Positions 1-22,830 of a stretch of DNA of 64,000 nt are shown one piece after another. The notes under the pieces were generated by a model, which worked only from the letters and a program-made list of their open reading frames with translations, ran no database searches and was not told the DNA's origin. A program made the translations under genes and the position numbers. The DNA lies in the NCBI RefSeq assembly GCF_009914755.1, contig NC_060935.1. One strand, 5' to 3'. Position 1 is the stretch's first letter; each line of letters starts with the position of its first letter. The DNA is from the human T2T-CHM13v2.0 reference genome, Homo sapiens.

Positions 1-207
1 CGGGTTCATGCAATTCTCCTGCCTCAGCCTCTCGAGTAGCTGGGACTACAGGTGCCTGCCACCACGCCCAGCTAATTTTTTTGTATTTTTAGTAGAGACG
101 GGGTTTCACTCTGTTAGCCAGGATGGTCTCGATCTCCTGACCTTGTGATCCGCCCGCCTCGGCCTCCCAAAGTGCTGGGATTACAGGCGTGAGCCACCGC
201 ACCCGGC
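1..207 (-). mobile_element. AluY (partial, window edge)
   Basis: ttagccaggatggtctcgatctcctgacc diagnostic. Confidence 0.9.
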
Positions 208-989
208 TGAAGTTGTTTTTATATGTGAGTTCTTGTTATTCTTTGGCTGCTCTCTGTTGAGTACAAACTACAGCCTCTAGCATGTCGCTTCCAGTTGAGA
301 GGTAAGGGCTTAGTATTGCAGTAAACACTTTCTCAACTCACTGTTTTCTGTAGCAGCTAACTCTGAGTAGAGCAGGCCAATTCTGATTTACCATTATTTG
401 CCTCTTAGTTGTCATAGATGAGGGATAAAAATACATATTGGTAGAAAGAGACCCACCTGGAGGAATGAGGGAGTCAATTCTACACTAATAATCCCTCTGG
501 TAACAGATTTTCCATCAGATTGCCTTCATATCCAACTAATTAGTTGATTTTATTGTGATAGAGATTAGTCTGAATAATCAGGCCTTTTATTCATTTTTTA
601 GAAAACTATGCTTGAACTTTTGACTCTTAAAAACTTTCTTTTCATTATTTGCCAATAAATATTGATGAAATATATGGTGAAGGGGAGACTGATATTTGAT
701 GATTAGTTTAGTAATATCTGAACCTAGACTATTGGTATTGAAATATTTGTCCCCTATTTGTTTACCAAGTATTTATTGAGTCTGCTATTTGCAGGGTGCT
801 GTTTGTGGCAGCTGTGTGCTATGTGGTATGGTGAAGAATAAAATGAATGAGACATACTTCTTACATTGAGTTTATAGTTTAGGAGGGGAGATTAGGCACA
901 TATACTCCTGTAATGCAAATTCATTGAGATAAATGCCATAAGGTACAGATAAAAATAAAAGTAAAGTAGTATATATAACTATTAGATTA

Positions 990-1300
<311 letters not shown>

Positions 1301-1749
1301 CCAGTAACTCAGTTTTAAAGATGTAAGTTCGAAGGATCAAATAAAGCTGTAAGATTTTAAGCCTTGCTTATTAGGATATGTAGAAGTTAGTGCTGTGGAA
1401 AAAATATTTTCAGTGAAACATACTGGCTTGCTTTGGGACATACTGAGTTTTAATTACCAGTGCGGTATGTAAGTGGAGAATGACCATGAGACATTGAGAA
1501 ATGCAGGGGTAGAGAGAAACTGAGGCTAGAGATTTAGGTTTATATGTCCTAATCCTAGAGATGAAAGTTGAGCCCATGATTATGGGTTAGGTCGACGAGG
1601 GAGAGAGTTTAGAAAGAGAAGACAACCTAGGGAATGCTTATATTTGGAGCAGAGGAAAAGAAAGAAGCAGACAGAGCTGTATGAAGAGATTGAGGTGGTA
1701 GTGTTACTGAGTCTTGAGGTAAAGGAGTTTTGAGAGGTATTGTAAGAGA

Positions 1750-1880
1750 TGGGAAGACCATGGACTTGAATCTCAGTCCTGCCACTTACTGGCATTGTGA
1801 CCTTGAGCAAGGTTCTTAACATTTGTGAACCTCAGTGTCCTCATCTATAAAATGAGGATAAAATACCTATCTATTATCCT
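1750..1880. mobile_element. MIR fragment (flanked by probable L2 remnants)
   Basis: gtgaccttgagcaag...cctcagtgtcctcatctataaaatgagg MIR core. Confidence 0.75.
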
Positions 1881-2183
1881 TTAAAAATGCAAGTCAGCTT
1901 TTGTTATTCCTCTGCCCATAACTCTCCAGGGACTTTCCAATGCAATACAATGTGAAATCCTCACCATGGCCTTCAGAGCCTTATGTGGTCTATCTGTTGC
2001 TTGTTTAATTACATTTCATGCGATTTTCCCCTTTGCTTTTCCACCTCGATCTAGATGTAATCACACAATTTATTTAATATTTTGAATCTATGTTTTATGT
2101 AATTTACAACAGAGAGCTCTTGATTTTCTGGGGAATATCTTAAATTGTACAACAGCCAGATTGTTAAAAAAAAAGTGTATTTT

Positions 2184-3087
2184 GGGAGGAGCCAAGATGG
2201 CCGAATAGGAACAGCTCCGGTCTACAGCTCCCAGCGTGAGCGACGCAGAAGACGGGTGATTTCTGCATTTCCATCTGAGGTACCGGGTTCATCTCACTAG
2301 GGAGTGCCAGACAGTGGGCGCAGGCCAGTGTGTGCGCGCACCGTGCGCGAGCCGAAGCAGGGCGAGGCACTGCCTCACCTGGGAAGCGCAAGGGGTCAGG
2401 GAGTTCCCTTTCCGAGTCAAAGAAAGGGGTGATGGACGCACCTGGAAAATCGGGTCACTCCCACCCGAATATTGCGCTTTTCAGACCGGCTTAAAAAACG
2501 GCGCACCACGAGACTATATCCCACACCTGGCTCAGAGGGTCCTACACCCACGGAATCTCGCTGATTGCTACCACAGCAGTCTGAGATCAAACTGCAAGGC
2601 GGCAACGAGGCTGGGGGAGGGGCGCCCGCCATTGCCCAGGCTTGCTTAGGTAAACAAAGCAGCCGGGAAGCTCCAACTGGGTGGAGCCCACCACAGCTCA
2701 AGGAGGCCTGCCTGCCTCTGTAGGCTCCACCTCTGGGGGCAGGGCACAGTCAAACAAAAAGACAGCAGTAACCTCTGCAGACTTAAGTGTCCCTGTCTGA
2801 CAGCTTTGAAGAGAGCAGTGGTTCTCCCAGCACGCAGCTGGAGATCTGAGAATGGGCAGACTGCCTCCTCAAGTGGGTCCCTGACCCCTGACCCCCGAGC
2901 AGCCTAACTGGGAGGCACCCCCCAGCAGGGGCACACTGACACCTCACACGGCAGGGTATTCCAACAGACCTGCAGCTGAGGGTCCTGTCTGTTAGAAGGA
3001 AAACTAACAACCAGAAAGGACATCTACACCGAAAACCTATCTGTACATCACCATCATCAAAGACCAAAAGTAGATAAAACCACAAAG
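2184..3087 (+). promoter_or_regulatory. L1 5'UTR: CpG-rich internal sense promoter (YY1 site CAAGATGGCC ~2193-2202), antisense promoter, splice donor at L1 nt 97 (GT 2280-2281)
   Basis: Motifs seen in sequence; functions are established L1HS biology. Confidence 0.85.
2417..2632 (-). CDS. L1 ORF0 (71 aa, MAGAPPPASLPPCSL...HPFL), intact
   Basis: ATG at 2632 (minus strand), 216 nt including stop; matches primate L1 ORF0. Confidence 0.85.
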   Translation of the reverse strand: MAGAPPPASLPPCSLISDCCGSNQRDSVGVGPSEPGVGYSLVVRRFLSRSEKRNIRVGVTRFSRCVHHPFL

Positions 3088-4104
3088 ATGGGGAAAAAAC
3101 AGAACAGAAAAACTGGAAACTCTAAAACGCAGAGCGCCTCTCCTCCTCCAAAGGAACGCAGTTCCTCACCAGCAACGGAACAAAGCTGGATGGAGAATGA
3201 TTTTGACGAGCTGAGAGAAGAAGGCTTCAGACGATCAAATTACTCTGAGCTACGGGAGGACATTCAAACCAAAGGCAAAGAAGTTGAAAACTTTGAAAAA
3301 AATTTAGAAGAATGTATAACTAGAATAACCAATACAGAGAAGTGCTTAAAGGAGCTGATGGAGCTGAAAACCAAGGCTCGAGAACTACGTGAAGAATGCA
3401 GAAGCCTCAGGAGCCGATGCGATCAACTGGAAGAAAGGGTATCAGCAATGGAAGATGAAATGAATGAAATGAAGCGAGAAGGGAAGTTTAGAGAAAAAAG
3501 AATAAAAAGAAATGAGCAAAGCCTCCAAGAAATATGGGACTATGTGAAAAGACCAAATCTACGTCTGATTGGTGTACCTGAAAGTGATGTGGAGAATGGA
3601 ACCAAGTTGGAAAACACTCTGCAGGATATTATCCAGGAGAACTTCCCCAATCTAGCAAGGCAGGCCAACGTTCAGATTCAGGAAATACAGAGAACGCCAC
3701 AAAGATACTCCTTGAGAAGAGCAACTCCAAGACACATAATTGTCAGATTCACCAAAGTTGAAATGAAGGAAAAAATGTTAAGGGCAGCCAGAGAGAAAGG
3801 TCAGGTTACCCTCAAAGGAAAGCCCATCAGACTAACAGCGGATCTCTCGGCAGAAACCCTACAAGCCAGAAGAGAGTGGGGGCCAATATTCAACATTCTT
3901 AAAGAAAAGAATTTTCAACCCAGAATTTCATATCCAGCCAAACTAAGCTTCATAAGTGAAGGAGAAATAAAATACTTTATAGACAAGCAAATGCTGAGAG
4001 ATTTTGTCACCACCAGGCCTGCCCTAAAAGAGCTCCTGAAGGAAGCACTAAACATGGAAAGGAACAACCGGTACCAGCCACTGCAAAATCATGCCAAAAT
4101 GTAA
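3088..4104 (+). CDS. L1 ORF1p, intact 338 aa
   Basis: ORF track; REKG, ARR and YPAKLS motifs intact; CpG-type substitutions S209L and R239Q versus recalled consensus. Confidence 0.95.
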   Translation: MGKKQNRKTGNSKTQSASPPPKERSSSPATEQSWMENDFDELREEGFRRSNYSELREDIQTKGKEVENFEKNLEECITRITNTEKCLKELMELKTKARELREECRSLRSRCDQLEERVSAMEDEMNEMKREGKFREKRIKRNEQSLQEIWDYVKRPNLRLIGVPESDVENGTKLENTLQDIIQENFPNLARQANVQIQEIQRTPQRYSLRRATPRHIIVRFTKVEMKEKMLRAAREKGQVTLKGKPIRLTADLSAETLQARREWGPIFNILKEKNFQPRISYPAKLSFISEGEIKYFIDKQMLRDFVTTRPALKELLKEALNMERNNRYQPLQNHAKM

Positions 4105-4167
4105 AGACCATCGAGACTAGGAAGAAACTGCATCAACTAATGAGCAAAATCACCAGCTAACATCATA

Positions 4168-7996
<3,829 letters not shown>

Positions 7997-9037
7997 ACAA
8001 TGAGATCACATGGACACAGGAAGGGGAATATCACACTCTGGGGACTGTGGTGGGGTCGGGGGAGGGGGGAGGGATAGCAAAAAAAAAAAAAAAGTGTATT
8101 TTTATGGAATACATAAAAGGTAACTCTTGTGAGTTATGACTTTGAGAAAAAAATTCATGCCTCAATTTGTGCATAAGCAATATATATATATATGGATACT
8201 TTTTTTATTGATTATGAAAAGATGATGTGGATTGAAAGGCTGGAATGCAGACTTATGTTGTATAAATCTATCTGTATAAGCTTTGGAAGTGAAAAATGTG
8301 GTAAGACCTTGACAATAGATTGATCGTTTATTTATTATCATATTAGTTATTGAGTACTTACTTAGGTGGTAGGCAGGTGGTAGGTGGTAATTAGGGAAGG
8401 GGAGTTGAAGTGATGGCTTAACAAAGAACTAAATAAAATATTTTGAAGAAAGTCTTTTTAAAATGTCAGTACAATTTCTTACATTACAGTTACTTCCCTT
8501 ACTTTTATAGTATAGTGAATGTGAAATATGTTTTCATCCCCAAGGACTTAAACTGGGCACATAGAATGCCTAATAGTGGTTGATGCTTTGATGATTAATG
8601 GTCTTATAATACTTCAGATTTATTATTCTTCCATTATCGTAATATATACATAATATAGTACTGTATTAAAGACTTAATTTGAATCTCTGTTGACCGCAGG
8701 TTAAACTTTTAAATTGCCTTTTAATTACTCACTAATCTTAGTTTTCTTTCTACTCATTGATATGCTCTTAATGTTGTGATTGAGATTTGTGTATTTTTTC
8801 CTTCAGGTAATAGGATATGAATCTGTTTTATCTTTGGATACTAGGAATATAGTTAATAAGTATTTGTTAGTGAGCCTGAATAATTAATGAGTCAAGTTAG
8901 TATGGTGAATTGATCTTACATATCATATGTGAGGCTCTGTCTTCCTCATAATTATACTTGAGGGGAATCAATAACTGAAATAAATTAAAGAAGATTTTAA
9001 CTAACTTGGCTCATAGCAGTATTGAAAAATATTTAGT

Positions 9038-9339
9038 GGCGGGGCAGGTTGGCTTACACCTGTAATCCCAGCACTTTGGGAGGCCAAGGTGGGCAGATCA
9101 CCTGAGGTCAGGAGTTCGAGACCAGCCTGGCCAACATGGTGAAACCCCATCTTCACTAAAAATACAAAAATTAGCTGGGCATGGTGGCGTGTGCCTGTAA
9201 TCCCAGCTACTGGGGAGGCTGAGGCAAGAGAATCACTGGAGCCCGGAGGCAGAGGTTGCGATGAGCCTAGATTGCGCCACTGGACTCCAGCCTGGCAACA
9301 GAGTGAGACTCTGTCTCAAAAAAGAAAAAAAGAAAAAAA
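9038..9339 (+). mobile_element. AluSx
   Basis: Alu consensus; TSD gaaaaatatttagt. Confidence 0.92.
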
Positions 9340-10478
9340 GAAAAATATTTAGTAAAATGGACCTTAAATAATTTATATGTGAAAGAAAAGTATTAAGGAA
9401 GAGTGCTAAATCAAGTATCATCAGATTTGAGCAAGTTCCTTTTATAAGAATGCTGAATTTTTTCAACTTACTGTCATTTATTTTGTATAGCCCTTTGACT
9501 CATTAGATTTGTCAGGTTGCTTTGGTTTCTTGATTCTTACTTGATCTTGGGGGTTTGGATTGTGATTAATCCACTTTGGGAGTTTCCTTGAAAGATTCTG
9601 CACCTATTGCCAGTGATGAAGGAAGGCTTATTCTGATTAGATTCGATTTTTAAACCTTGAAAGAAATACACATGGGACAATTTTTTTTTTCAGACCCGTA
9701 TGTCAGAAACTCTCAAGCACAGGAGGCACTGAATTAACCAGAAACAGCCAAATTTCTGTGTGCCCCTGGCTGCATTTGGAGTGTAGTATAACTGTATTTA
9801 CTCTGAATCTTCATTTCCTTTCACTGTCTCTTATCTACCCTTATTTCATTAATCAAATATTACATGTTACCTACAATGAGTAAGAAATACTGGAGTGAGG
9901 GGAACGTGGAGGTTAACAATGAAGGGGGAAGGTAAACTTTAAATAAATACGAAATTATCTGTGATAAGTGCTATTAAGAAGACGTTCAGAATGTTACTAG
10001 GCTGTTTACAAGAGGATCCATTCTAGTGTAGAGGGTTTGGGAAGCCTTTCCTAAGGAAGTGACATGGTGATTATATGAATATATATGAAATGCACATATA
10101 TTAGGTTTAACATTTATGGCACAAAAAACAAATTTTAACGTGACAAATCAAGAGAAATAAGAAGCAATTACTTTATAGAAAAATAGTTTATTTGACAATT
10201 TCACAAATCCAATACCCTGGTCAAGAATTTGGCCTTTACTTACCTCAAAGTCAAAGGCAGTAAGAAAACTTAACTGCCTACAAACACCTCGATTAACAGA
10301 TGCTCTGAAACTGAAACTTCCTTCTAGTAAAATCTATGTTTTAAATTATAGTAGTCAGAAATTTTCAATTACAAATGTTAGAAAAACTATTTTGAATAAC
10401 TTCTATTTGTCTTCCTCCATTTAAAGGTAAGTTGGGATTTTTTTCGACAAAATTGTGAAGTCTGAGAAGTTAAGCATC

Positions 10479-11292
<814 letters not shown>

Positions 11293-12647
11293 AAGCATCT
11301 TTTTAAAGCTTTCTTTTTCTGTGCTCTTTTCTCTTTTTCCCATGGTTAAATTTCATGATTAGATTTCCTTTCTGGTTCAGGTAGGTGGTTAGGATTACCC
11401 TATCAAAGATTAGTAAAGGATTTTATGTCCATCAAATTGTTGACAGACTAATTATTAGACTTTAATATTAATGTGTTGAAGTGCAGTTTAAACCTTTTAA
11501 CATTGGCTTTATCTTCTTTTTAGTGGAATTTATGTATCAACAAATAGTGAGGCAGTTGTTATTTTTTAGTCAAGTAGTTACTGTTATCTGTGATTTCTTC
11601 TCTTTCTCAAATCATCCTTCCTGGGCTTGAACTCTTAGTGTTCATGAGTTCTGTTTAAAGGATTCAATTCATTACCCAATATTCACCCAATTTGTCACCC
11701 AGTATTCTTATTGGAGAGACTGGAACAAATATGTATACTTTCTATTTTTTATCTGAATATTGTTGTTCAATTAGAAATATATTAGTTTTTTCCAATTAAT
11801 TAAAGTATTTCACATTAGAGTCCATGATATTTGTACTTAAGTATGCAGAAGATGGCAGGGTATGAAAGAGTGTTTTGGTTTAAAGTTGTAGTGCTGCCTG
11901 GGAGTTCCATCACTAAAAGTTGAAGTGACAGGTGTGTGTTTTCAAGACTTTCCCTATATTACAAAAATATTGGTATTACTCAGTTTTGAACATGGGTATA
12001 ATATACGCAGGACTCAGTCTGAGTCTTGTTCCTGATCACATTTTGTTTCAGTATTGTAACTTAAGTATATTTTTATTTTTATCTTGAAAGCCTATCTCAA
12101 CTTTTATATAAAAATTTGAAAATGTAGGAGAGGAAGGCTATTACAGGTAAGGTATGTAAGGCTTAATGGTCAACGCTAAAGTTTGAATGGTATGATTTTC
12201 ATTACAGGGAGGCTTTACAGTATCATCATTACGGAAAACTTTTGAAGATTGCTTGTATCTTCCCACATATATTATTAACAAGTTGCCCTAGTTTTTTGGC
12301 TTTCTTGTTTTGTTTTTAATAAGCTGATTCTTGTATCTGTTGGGGGCAGCATGGTGTAATGCACTGGTTGTGAGTTACAAGATCTGAGTTTTTGTTTTGC
12401 TTTGCGATTTATGATGCGATTTCTTCATTTATAAGTAGAAGAGAATCTTGCCTTAACTTCGTGGCTTGCTGTGGGAATCATATGAGATAGTGCACATATA
12501 AAAGCTTTAAAAACTGTAAGAAGATAGGTAAATATTGGTCTATAATACTTGGTTTCTTGTTATTTTGTTTGAGATATTTATATTTGGCTTTTGTAGCTTA
12601 TGATTCTAACCTTAAAAATAAAGACGTTGGAAGCAATTCAGATTTAG

Positions 12648-12677
12648 CTTATTAGAGTTCTTCAAAGAAACAGAAGC

Positions 12678-12720
<43 letters not shown>

Positions 12721-13172
12721 AAATAAGGAATTGGCTCACAATTTTGGAGGCTTAATAAATGCCAAGATCTGCAGTTGGCATGCTGGAGACCCAGAGAGCC
12801 AATGTGTAATTCCAGTGTGAGTCCAAAGGCCTGAGTACTAGAAGAGGACAATGGTGTAAGTTCCAGTCTGGAAGCCAGCAGGCTGTAGACCCAAGAAGAA
12901 CTGGTGTTTCAGTCAGGTCTGAAGGCAGGAAAATACCAGTGTCCTAGCTCAAGAAATCAGGCAGGAGGAGTTTGTTGTTTTGTTCTCTTCAGGTCTTCAA
13001 CTGAGAGGATGAAGCCTACTCACATTAGGAAGGACAATCTTTTTCTCAGTCTACTGATTCAAATGTTAATCTCACCTAGAAGCACCCTCATAGACATACC
13101 CAGAATATCATTTGACCAAATGTCTAGGCATTCCTTGGCCCAGTTAGATTGATACATAAAATTAAACATGGT
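12648..13172 (-). mobile_element. MLT2 (ERVL) LTR
   Basis: ggaattggctcaca..., gagtccaaaggcctgag, gatacataaaattaa motifs. Confidence 0.75.
12681..12716 (+). repeat. (TG)18 microsatellite
   Basis: Seen directly. Confidence 0.98.
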
Positions 13173-13214
13173 ATACAGAAAAATTTGTTTGTTACAACAA
13201 ATAATTCTGCCTCC

Positions 13215-14507
<1,293 letters not shown>

Positions 14508-14725
14508 TTTCCCAGATACTCTGATTACCAGAGAGGAAATCTCTTCTTAACACTTAATAAAACAAAACTGCACAACACAAGAAGGAATTGGGGTTGGATC
14601 AGGAAGCAATTCTGCAGAGTGAAGGAAACTAGCATTTTCAAAATGCCTACTATGTGCTAGTTACTCTGCTAAATACTTTATATTTGTTATCTTATTTATA
14701 AAAAGTACTTATTAACAGATCTTGG

Positions 14726-15024
14726 GGCCGGGCGTGGTGGCTCACGCCTGTAATTCCAGCACTTTGTGAGGCCAAAGCAGACAGATCACGAGGTCAGGAG
14801 TTCGAGACCAGCCTGCCTAAAATGGTGAAAATCTGTCTCTACTAAAAATACAAAAATTAGCTGGGTGCAGTGGCACATGCCTGTGGTCTCAGCTGCTTGG
14901 GAGGCTGAGGCAGGAGAATCGCTTGAACCGGGAGGTGTAGGTTGCTGTGGGCGGAGATCGCGCCACTGCACTCCAGCCTTGGCAACAGAGCATGACTCTG
15001 AATAAAAAAAAAGAAAGAAAAAAA
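14726..15024 (+). mobile_element. AluS
   Basis: Alu consensus. Confidence 0.9.
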
Positions 15025-15520
15025 GTAAATCTTATAGATCTTGGACAAGGAAGAGGGTAAAGTTAATTGCACAGCTGGTTGTTGTCCAGTCTCTGCTATT
15101 GGAATTAATTCTTTTTATTTGCTAATTTAGTGTTGTGAATGTTGTTTTTCCATCTTCTTTCCTCTTTATTTTTTTGTAGACTGGAACTGTAGTTTCTAGC
15201 CCCTGAGTCATCATGGGTGCCTTATTTAGTCTTTCTGCAGGTTAGATCACCAAATTTTTGAAGAGTCAGGTTATTTTTATATCTTAGTTGTAGTTTCCCT
15301 ATGTTTTTGTGTTTTTCTCTGAGAATAGGCAACTTGATCTTCTGTAGGAGCTAGTAAGTCACAGGTTTAAATTTATAACATGCAGTATGGATAAGTGATA
15401 ATTCTCCTTATTTAGAATGTGTTTTGACTTCAGCATCAATTGGTAGTTAAGAGCCACTTGCCTGACTTCAATCCCTGCTCTGCCTGTATCAGTCACCTTG
15501 AGTAACTTCGTCTCTCTGTA

Positions 15521-15834
15521 CTTTTTCTTTTTTCTTTCCTTTTTTTTTTTTTTGAGACGGAGTCTCGCTCTGTCACCCAGGCTGGATTGCAGTGGCGTGA
15601 TCTCGGCTCACTGCAAACTCTGCCTTCCGGGGTCATGCCATTCTCCTGCCTCAGCCTCCTGAGTAGCTGGGAGTACAGGTGCCCACCACCACGCCTGGCT
15701 AATTTTTTGTATTTTTAGTAGAGACGGGGTTTCACTGTGTTAGCCGGGGTGGTCTCAATCTCCTGACCTCGTGATCTGCCCGCCTCGGCCTCCCAAAGTG
15801 CTGGGATTACAGGTGTGAGCCACCGCACCCGGCC
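15521..15834 (-). mobile_element. AluY inserted in a MIR
   Basis: Alu consensus; MIR core on both sides. Confidence 0.88.
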
Positions 15835-16118
15835 TGTCCTTTTTCTTATCTCTAAAATGGTGATAATAAAATCATGCCCATTAAAATCATGCCCAATAAA
15901 ATGAGGAGATTGAAATCTAAAGAGCATCTAAACAAGGATTTTTCATAGAAATAGTTGTGGGGTAAAGATTGTTATGAAATTAAATGAGTTGACATTTGTA
16001 TGGTATATAGGATGGTACCTGGCACAAGTGCTATATAAGCATTTTTTTTAAATAAAATAAAAATTCTGGAACTAACATATTCAAAATATATAAATTCATT
16101 ATGCTCTTTCCTTTAAAG

Positions 16119-16331
16119 CAGTTGTTCTTACTCAATAAGGGGCACAATCTTACCTCCTAGGAGACATTTAACAATGTAGGCATTTTTGGTTATCACAGCT
16201 GGGGGGATTCTATTGCCATTTAGAAAGTAGAGGGCAGGGATGCTGCTAAACATCCTTCAATGCATAGGACAGCCCTGCACAACAGATGATCTGGCCCAAA
16301 ATGTCAATAGTGCCAAGGTTGAGAAACTCTA
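16119..16331 (+). mobile_element. MER20 (hAT)
   Basis: ccaaaatgtcaatagtgccaaggttgagaaac terminus. Confidence 0.85.
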
Positions 16332-16509
16332 CTTTAAAGAAATCATTTTTTGCTAGAGATTACTTTAAGAAAGATTAAATAGATACAACATAAAATTGAC
16401 TCTTATTTGCAAACTATTTAATTTTCCAAAGAAACTAGATTTCTCACACTATCACCCTTTAGAAATGTATTCTTCTAGAAGAGTTTAATGATCAAACTCG
16501 GAGGCTCAC

Positions 16510-16700
16510 AGTAACTACTAATTTAGAGTTTGGTACTAGTAAGGCTAAGATCATGGGTCTTTGAGGCCAATTAGCTTTATTCCATGGCCGTAAAGTGCAA
16601 TCCCAATACAGTCAACCATCTCTATGGCAAATGTGCAGCACTAATCACATGGGGAAAGAAACGGGAATAACAAGAGAATGTATATAGTGCTGATGGATGT
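16510..16700 (+). mobile_element. MamSINE1-like tRNA-derived SINE relic
   Basis: Decayed tRNA head tggtactagtaaggctaagatcatgggt followed by ggccaattagctttattccatggcc. Confidence 0.55.
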
Positions 16701-16904
16701 TTAATAGTGATAATCTTATGAAGAGATACTTCTAAATTGGGGGCCTGACCTTATAATTTTGTATCACTCTTCAGTCTGTGCCCATCGTATTAGTCAGGTT
16801 GGTCTCCATACTTGCGTTTAATCAACTCTGCTTATTGCTGCCTGTCTTTTGACTCATGCCTGGAATATTTGTGAAGATATTAACTTATGTTTGCTTCTGG
16901 GTAC

Positions 16905-17661
<757 letters not shown>

Positions 17662-18729
17662 CATTTATTTTTAAAAAAATTACATAATTTTAGAAGTAGA
17701 AAAAATGAACAGTTTTGTTATTTAATTTAACCTCTTTATTTAGTAAATGAGGAGATTGAAATCTAAACAGCACGTTTCTAAACAAGGATTTTTCATAGAA
17801 ATAATTGTGGGGTTAAGATTAAAAATAAAATCTGTTAATTGTATTGTATTATGCTGATTGTTTCCACTCCCTGTTGAGATTTGTTTCTATGATAATTAAT
17901 CCTTATTTCTCACACTTGTTCTCCTTGCCCCAATATTATAAATTGTAACATATATTTATTGTAGAAAGTCTGGAACGTATCCAAAAGTGAAAAGAAGAAA
18001 ATTAAAATAATCTATTATCAACCATTTAGAGATAATCAGTGTATAACATTCTAGTATTTGTTCTGTATGTTCATTACAAATTATTTTTTGGTAATCTGTC
18101 TTTTCACTTTATATATTTTGATTCATTTTCCTAGGGCATGAAATAGTCTTCTAAAACCAGGTCATGTAAATACATAAATACAGATATGTATTTTAACCAT
18201 AGTGGTATGATGTGCCTTTTTTTAGCTAAATCTTTATATGCATGTTTGAAAAATTCATAAGAAATTAATGAATGTGGAATTATTTGGTCAAAGCATATGA
18301 ACATTACGAAGTCTTTGATTATAAAATGTGATGTTTCTGAAGGTATCTGATATCTGATGATTTTATACATGAGTGCAAGTGCTATTGTAATTACTACATG
18401 GCTAACACAATTATTGGTATGTTATTTGTTTAGATTAGTGCTTCCTAACCTTTTTCATGCTGTAGTGTGCTGTGGTTTACATAGAAAATGATAAAAATAC
18501 GTGGCACACTGGGGAAAACAGAGGCAGTGGTCACCCTGCCCTGTTACCTTGTGTCTGGCCTGGCTAACTAGACTACTGAGAGGATCATTATTTTAGCCAC
18601 TTGTAAACCTTGGTTAGAAGCTCTGGGTTACAGCACAGTGATGATAAGGTCCTAGGTTATTTTCTGTGTCTTGTGTTAGATATTTCCTGTTTCTCACAAT
18701 AGACTGTACAGTTTGGTCTATCAATATGG

Positions 18730-20770
<2,041 letters not shown>

Positions 20771-21672
20771 AGTTTTTCTTTTCTTTTAACCTATCATTTA
20801 CCACACTGGCATATTATAGCTTACTGCTGTTGTTTGTGTCTATTTCCCTATGGAGATTTTATGTTCCTTGAAGGAAAAGATTGGGTCTTATTCATCATTG
20901 TTTTGCCTGTGTATGAGAGTTGAATTGAAGTAATAGATGGTCAGTTTCAGAGGCTTGAAGAGGGAGGGAGTAGCAGAAGAATTGAGAAGATGCCATTAGA
21001 TTTGTTGATCACTGACTTTCGGAAAAGTATTATCTCTAGAAAGATGGAGAATAAATGGAGAGTTTTATAGTCTTTCTGTTCTGAAGTTAGTTTTTCTCTT
21101 TCTTACACCCTCTTACTCCTTCCCTATTATGTTCTAACCTTTTTGGTTATGTTGTTTCATTATGATGGAGAAGTACTCTTTTCTACGACTAGTGAGGAGT
21201 CTATTATTCTTCCCAGTTCAGCTCATATCCCGTTCTCCATGAAATTCCTGCCTTCCCCTGTATTAAACTGACTCTGCTAAAATTCTGTGGTACTTTCTAT
21301 TATATTACTAACACTTAATCAGTCCTCAGTATCTATATATCTTGCACATATTATGATTTATATTGCTTTATTTCCTGGAACGTTAATAGTCTGCTCAATA
21401 AATACTTAGATTTCATGTCTATCCATATAATTGCTAAATTATTTCAGGGCCTTTTTTGGTTTTAATCTAGAAATCTTCCTTTCATATTCAGAGTTCACCA
21501 AAAAAAAAAAAAAAGGTTTTCAATCTAAATTTAAAAGCTAAGTCATGAAGACTGATAGGTTGATATTTTTTATAAAACAGTCCTATGATAAACTTCTGCA
21601 GTCTTTTGTATTGGGACTTATTCGTGTTTCTGTGTTCTGGTCACAGGTGATACATACTTGTGTTGTTACTAG

Positions 21673-21976
<304 letters not shown>

Positions 21977-22566
21977 TAGATTCTTAATATTATTTTTTCA
22001 GGTCTTTTTTTTTTTAATGGGCTCCAGGAGGCCAGAAATCATTATTTTTTAAATTTACTAAATATATATATATATACACACACTATGTATATATATAGTA
22101 ATATACTATATATATGTAGTATATATATATATTTTTTTCTTGCCACACAGAAGTCAAGTTTGAATAACTGAATGAATTTCTCTGGTTTCTATTAGTGAAG
22201 TTCTCTAATAGTAATAGCCTGATAAAATCTGTAATATAGTTTTATTATACCATCCAGTTTTTATTTGAAATGGAATTTTTTTCATTTAAAAGTATATTCC
22301 ATTTTTCAGTTTAAAATTGTTTTAAGGCATTACAAATATTTACCTCAATGTATGGAGATTATTCAACGTATGACCCATATCGTAATTCCTTGGTGTATAT
22401 TTTACCCTCAATAAATTCAGGTGTCTTCCTTTCTATCCTGAACGTTGTATTTTTATAGAAGATCCAGTGAAATGCCAGCATTTTTACTTTAACTTATAAA
22501 TATATGCTTTTATACAGTAGCTTCCACATATAAGCTAATTTAAGTGGGAAATGTTGGTTGGATTAA

Positions 22567-22830
<264 letters not shown>

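Noticed and set aside
16520-16560. tRNA-like sequence
   Set aside because: Too decayed to fold; better explained as the head of an ancient SINE
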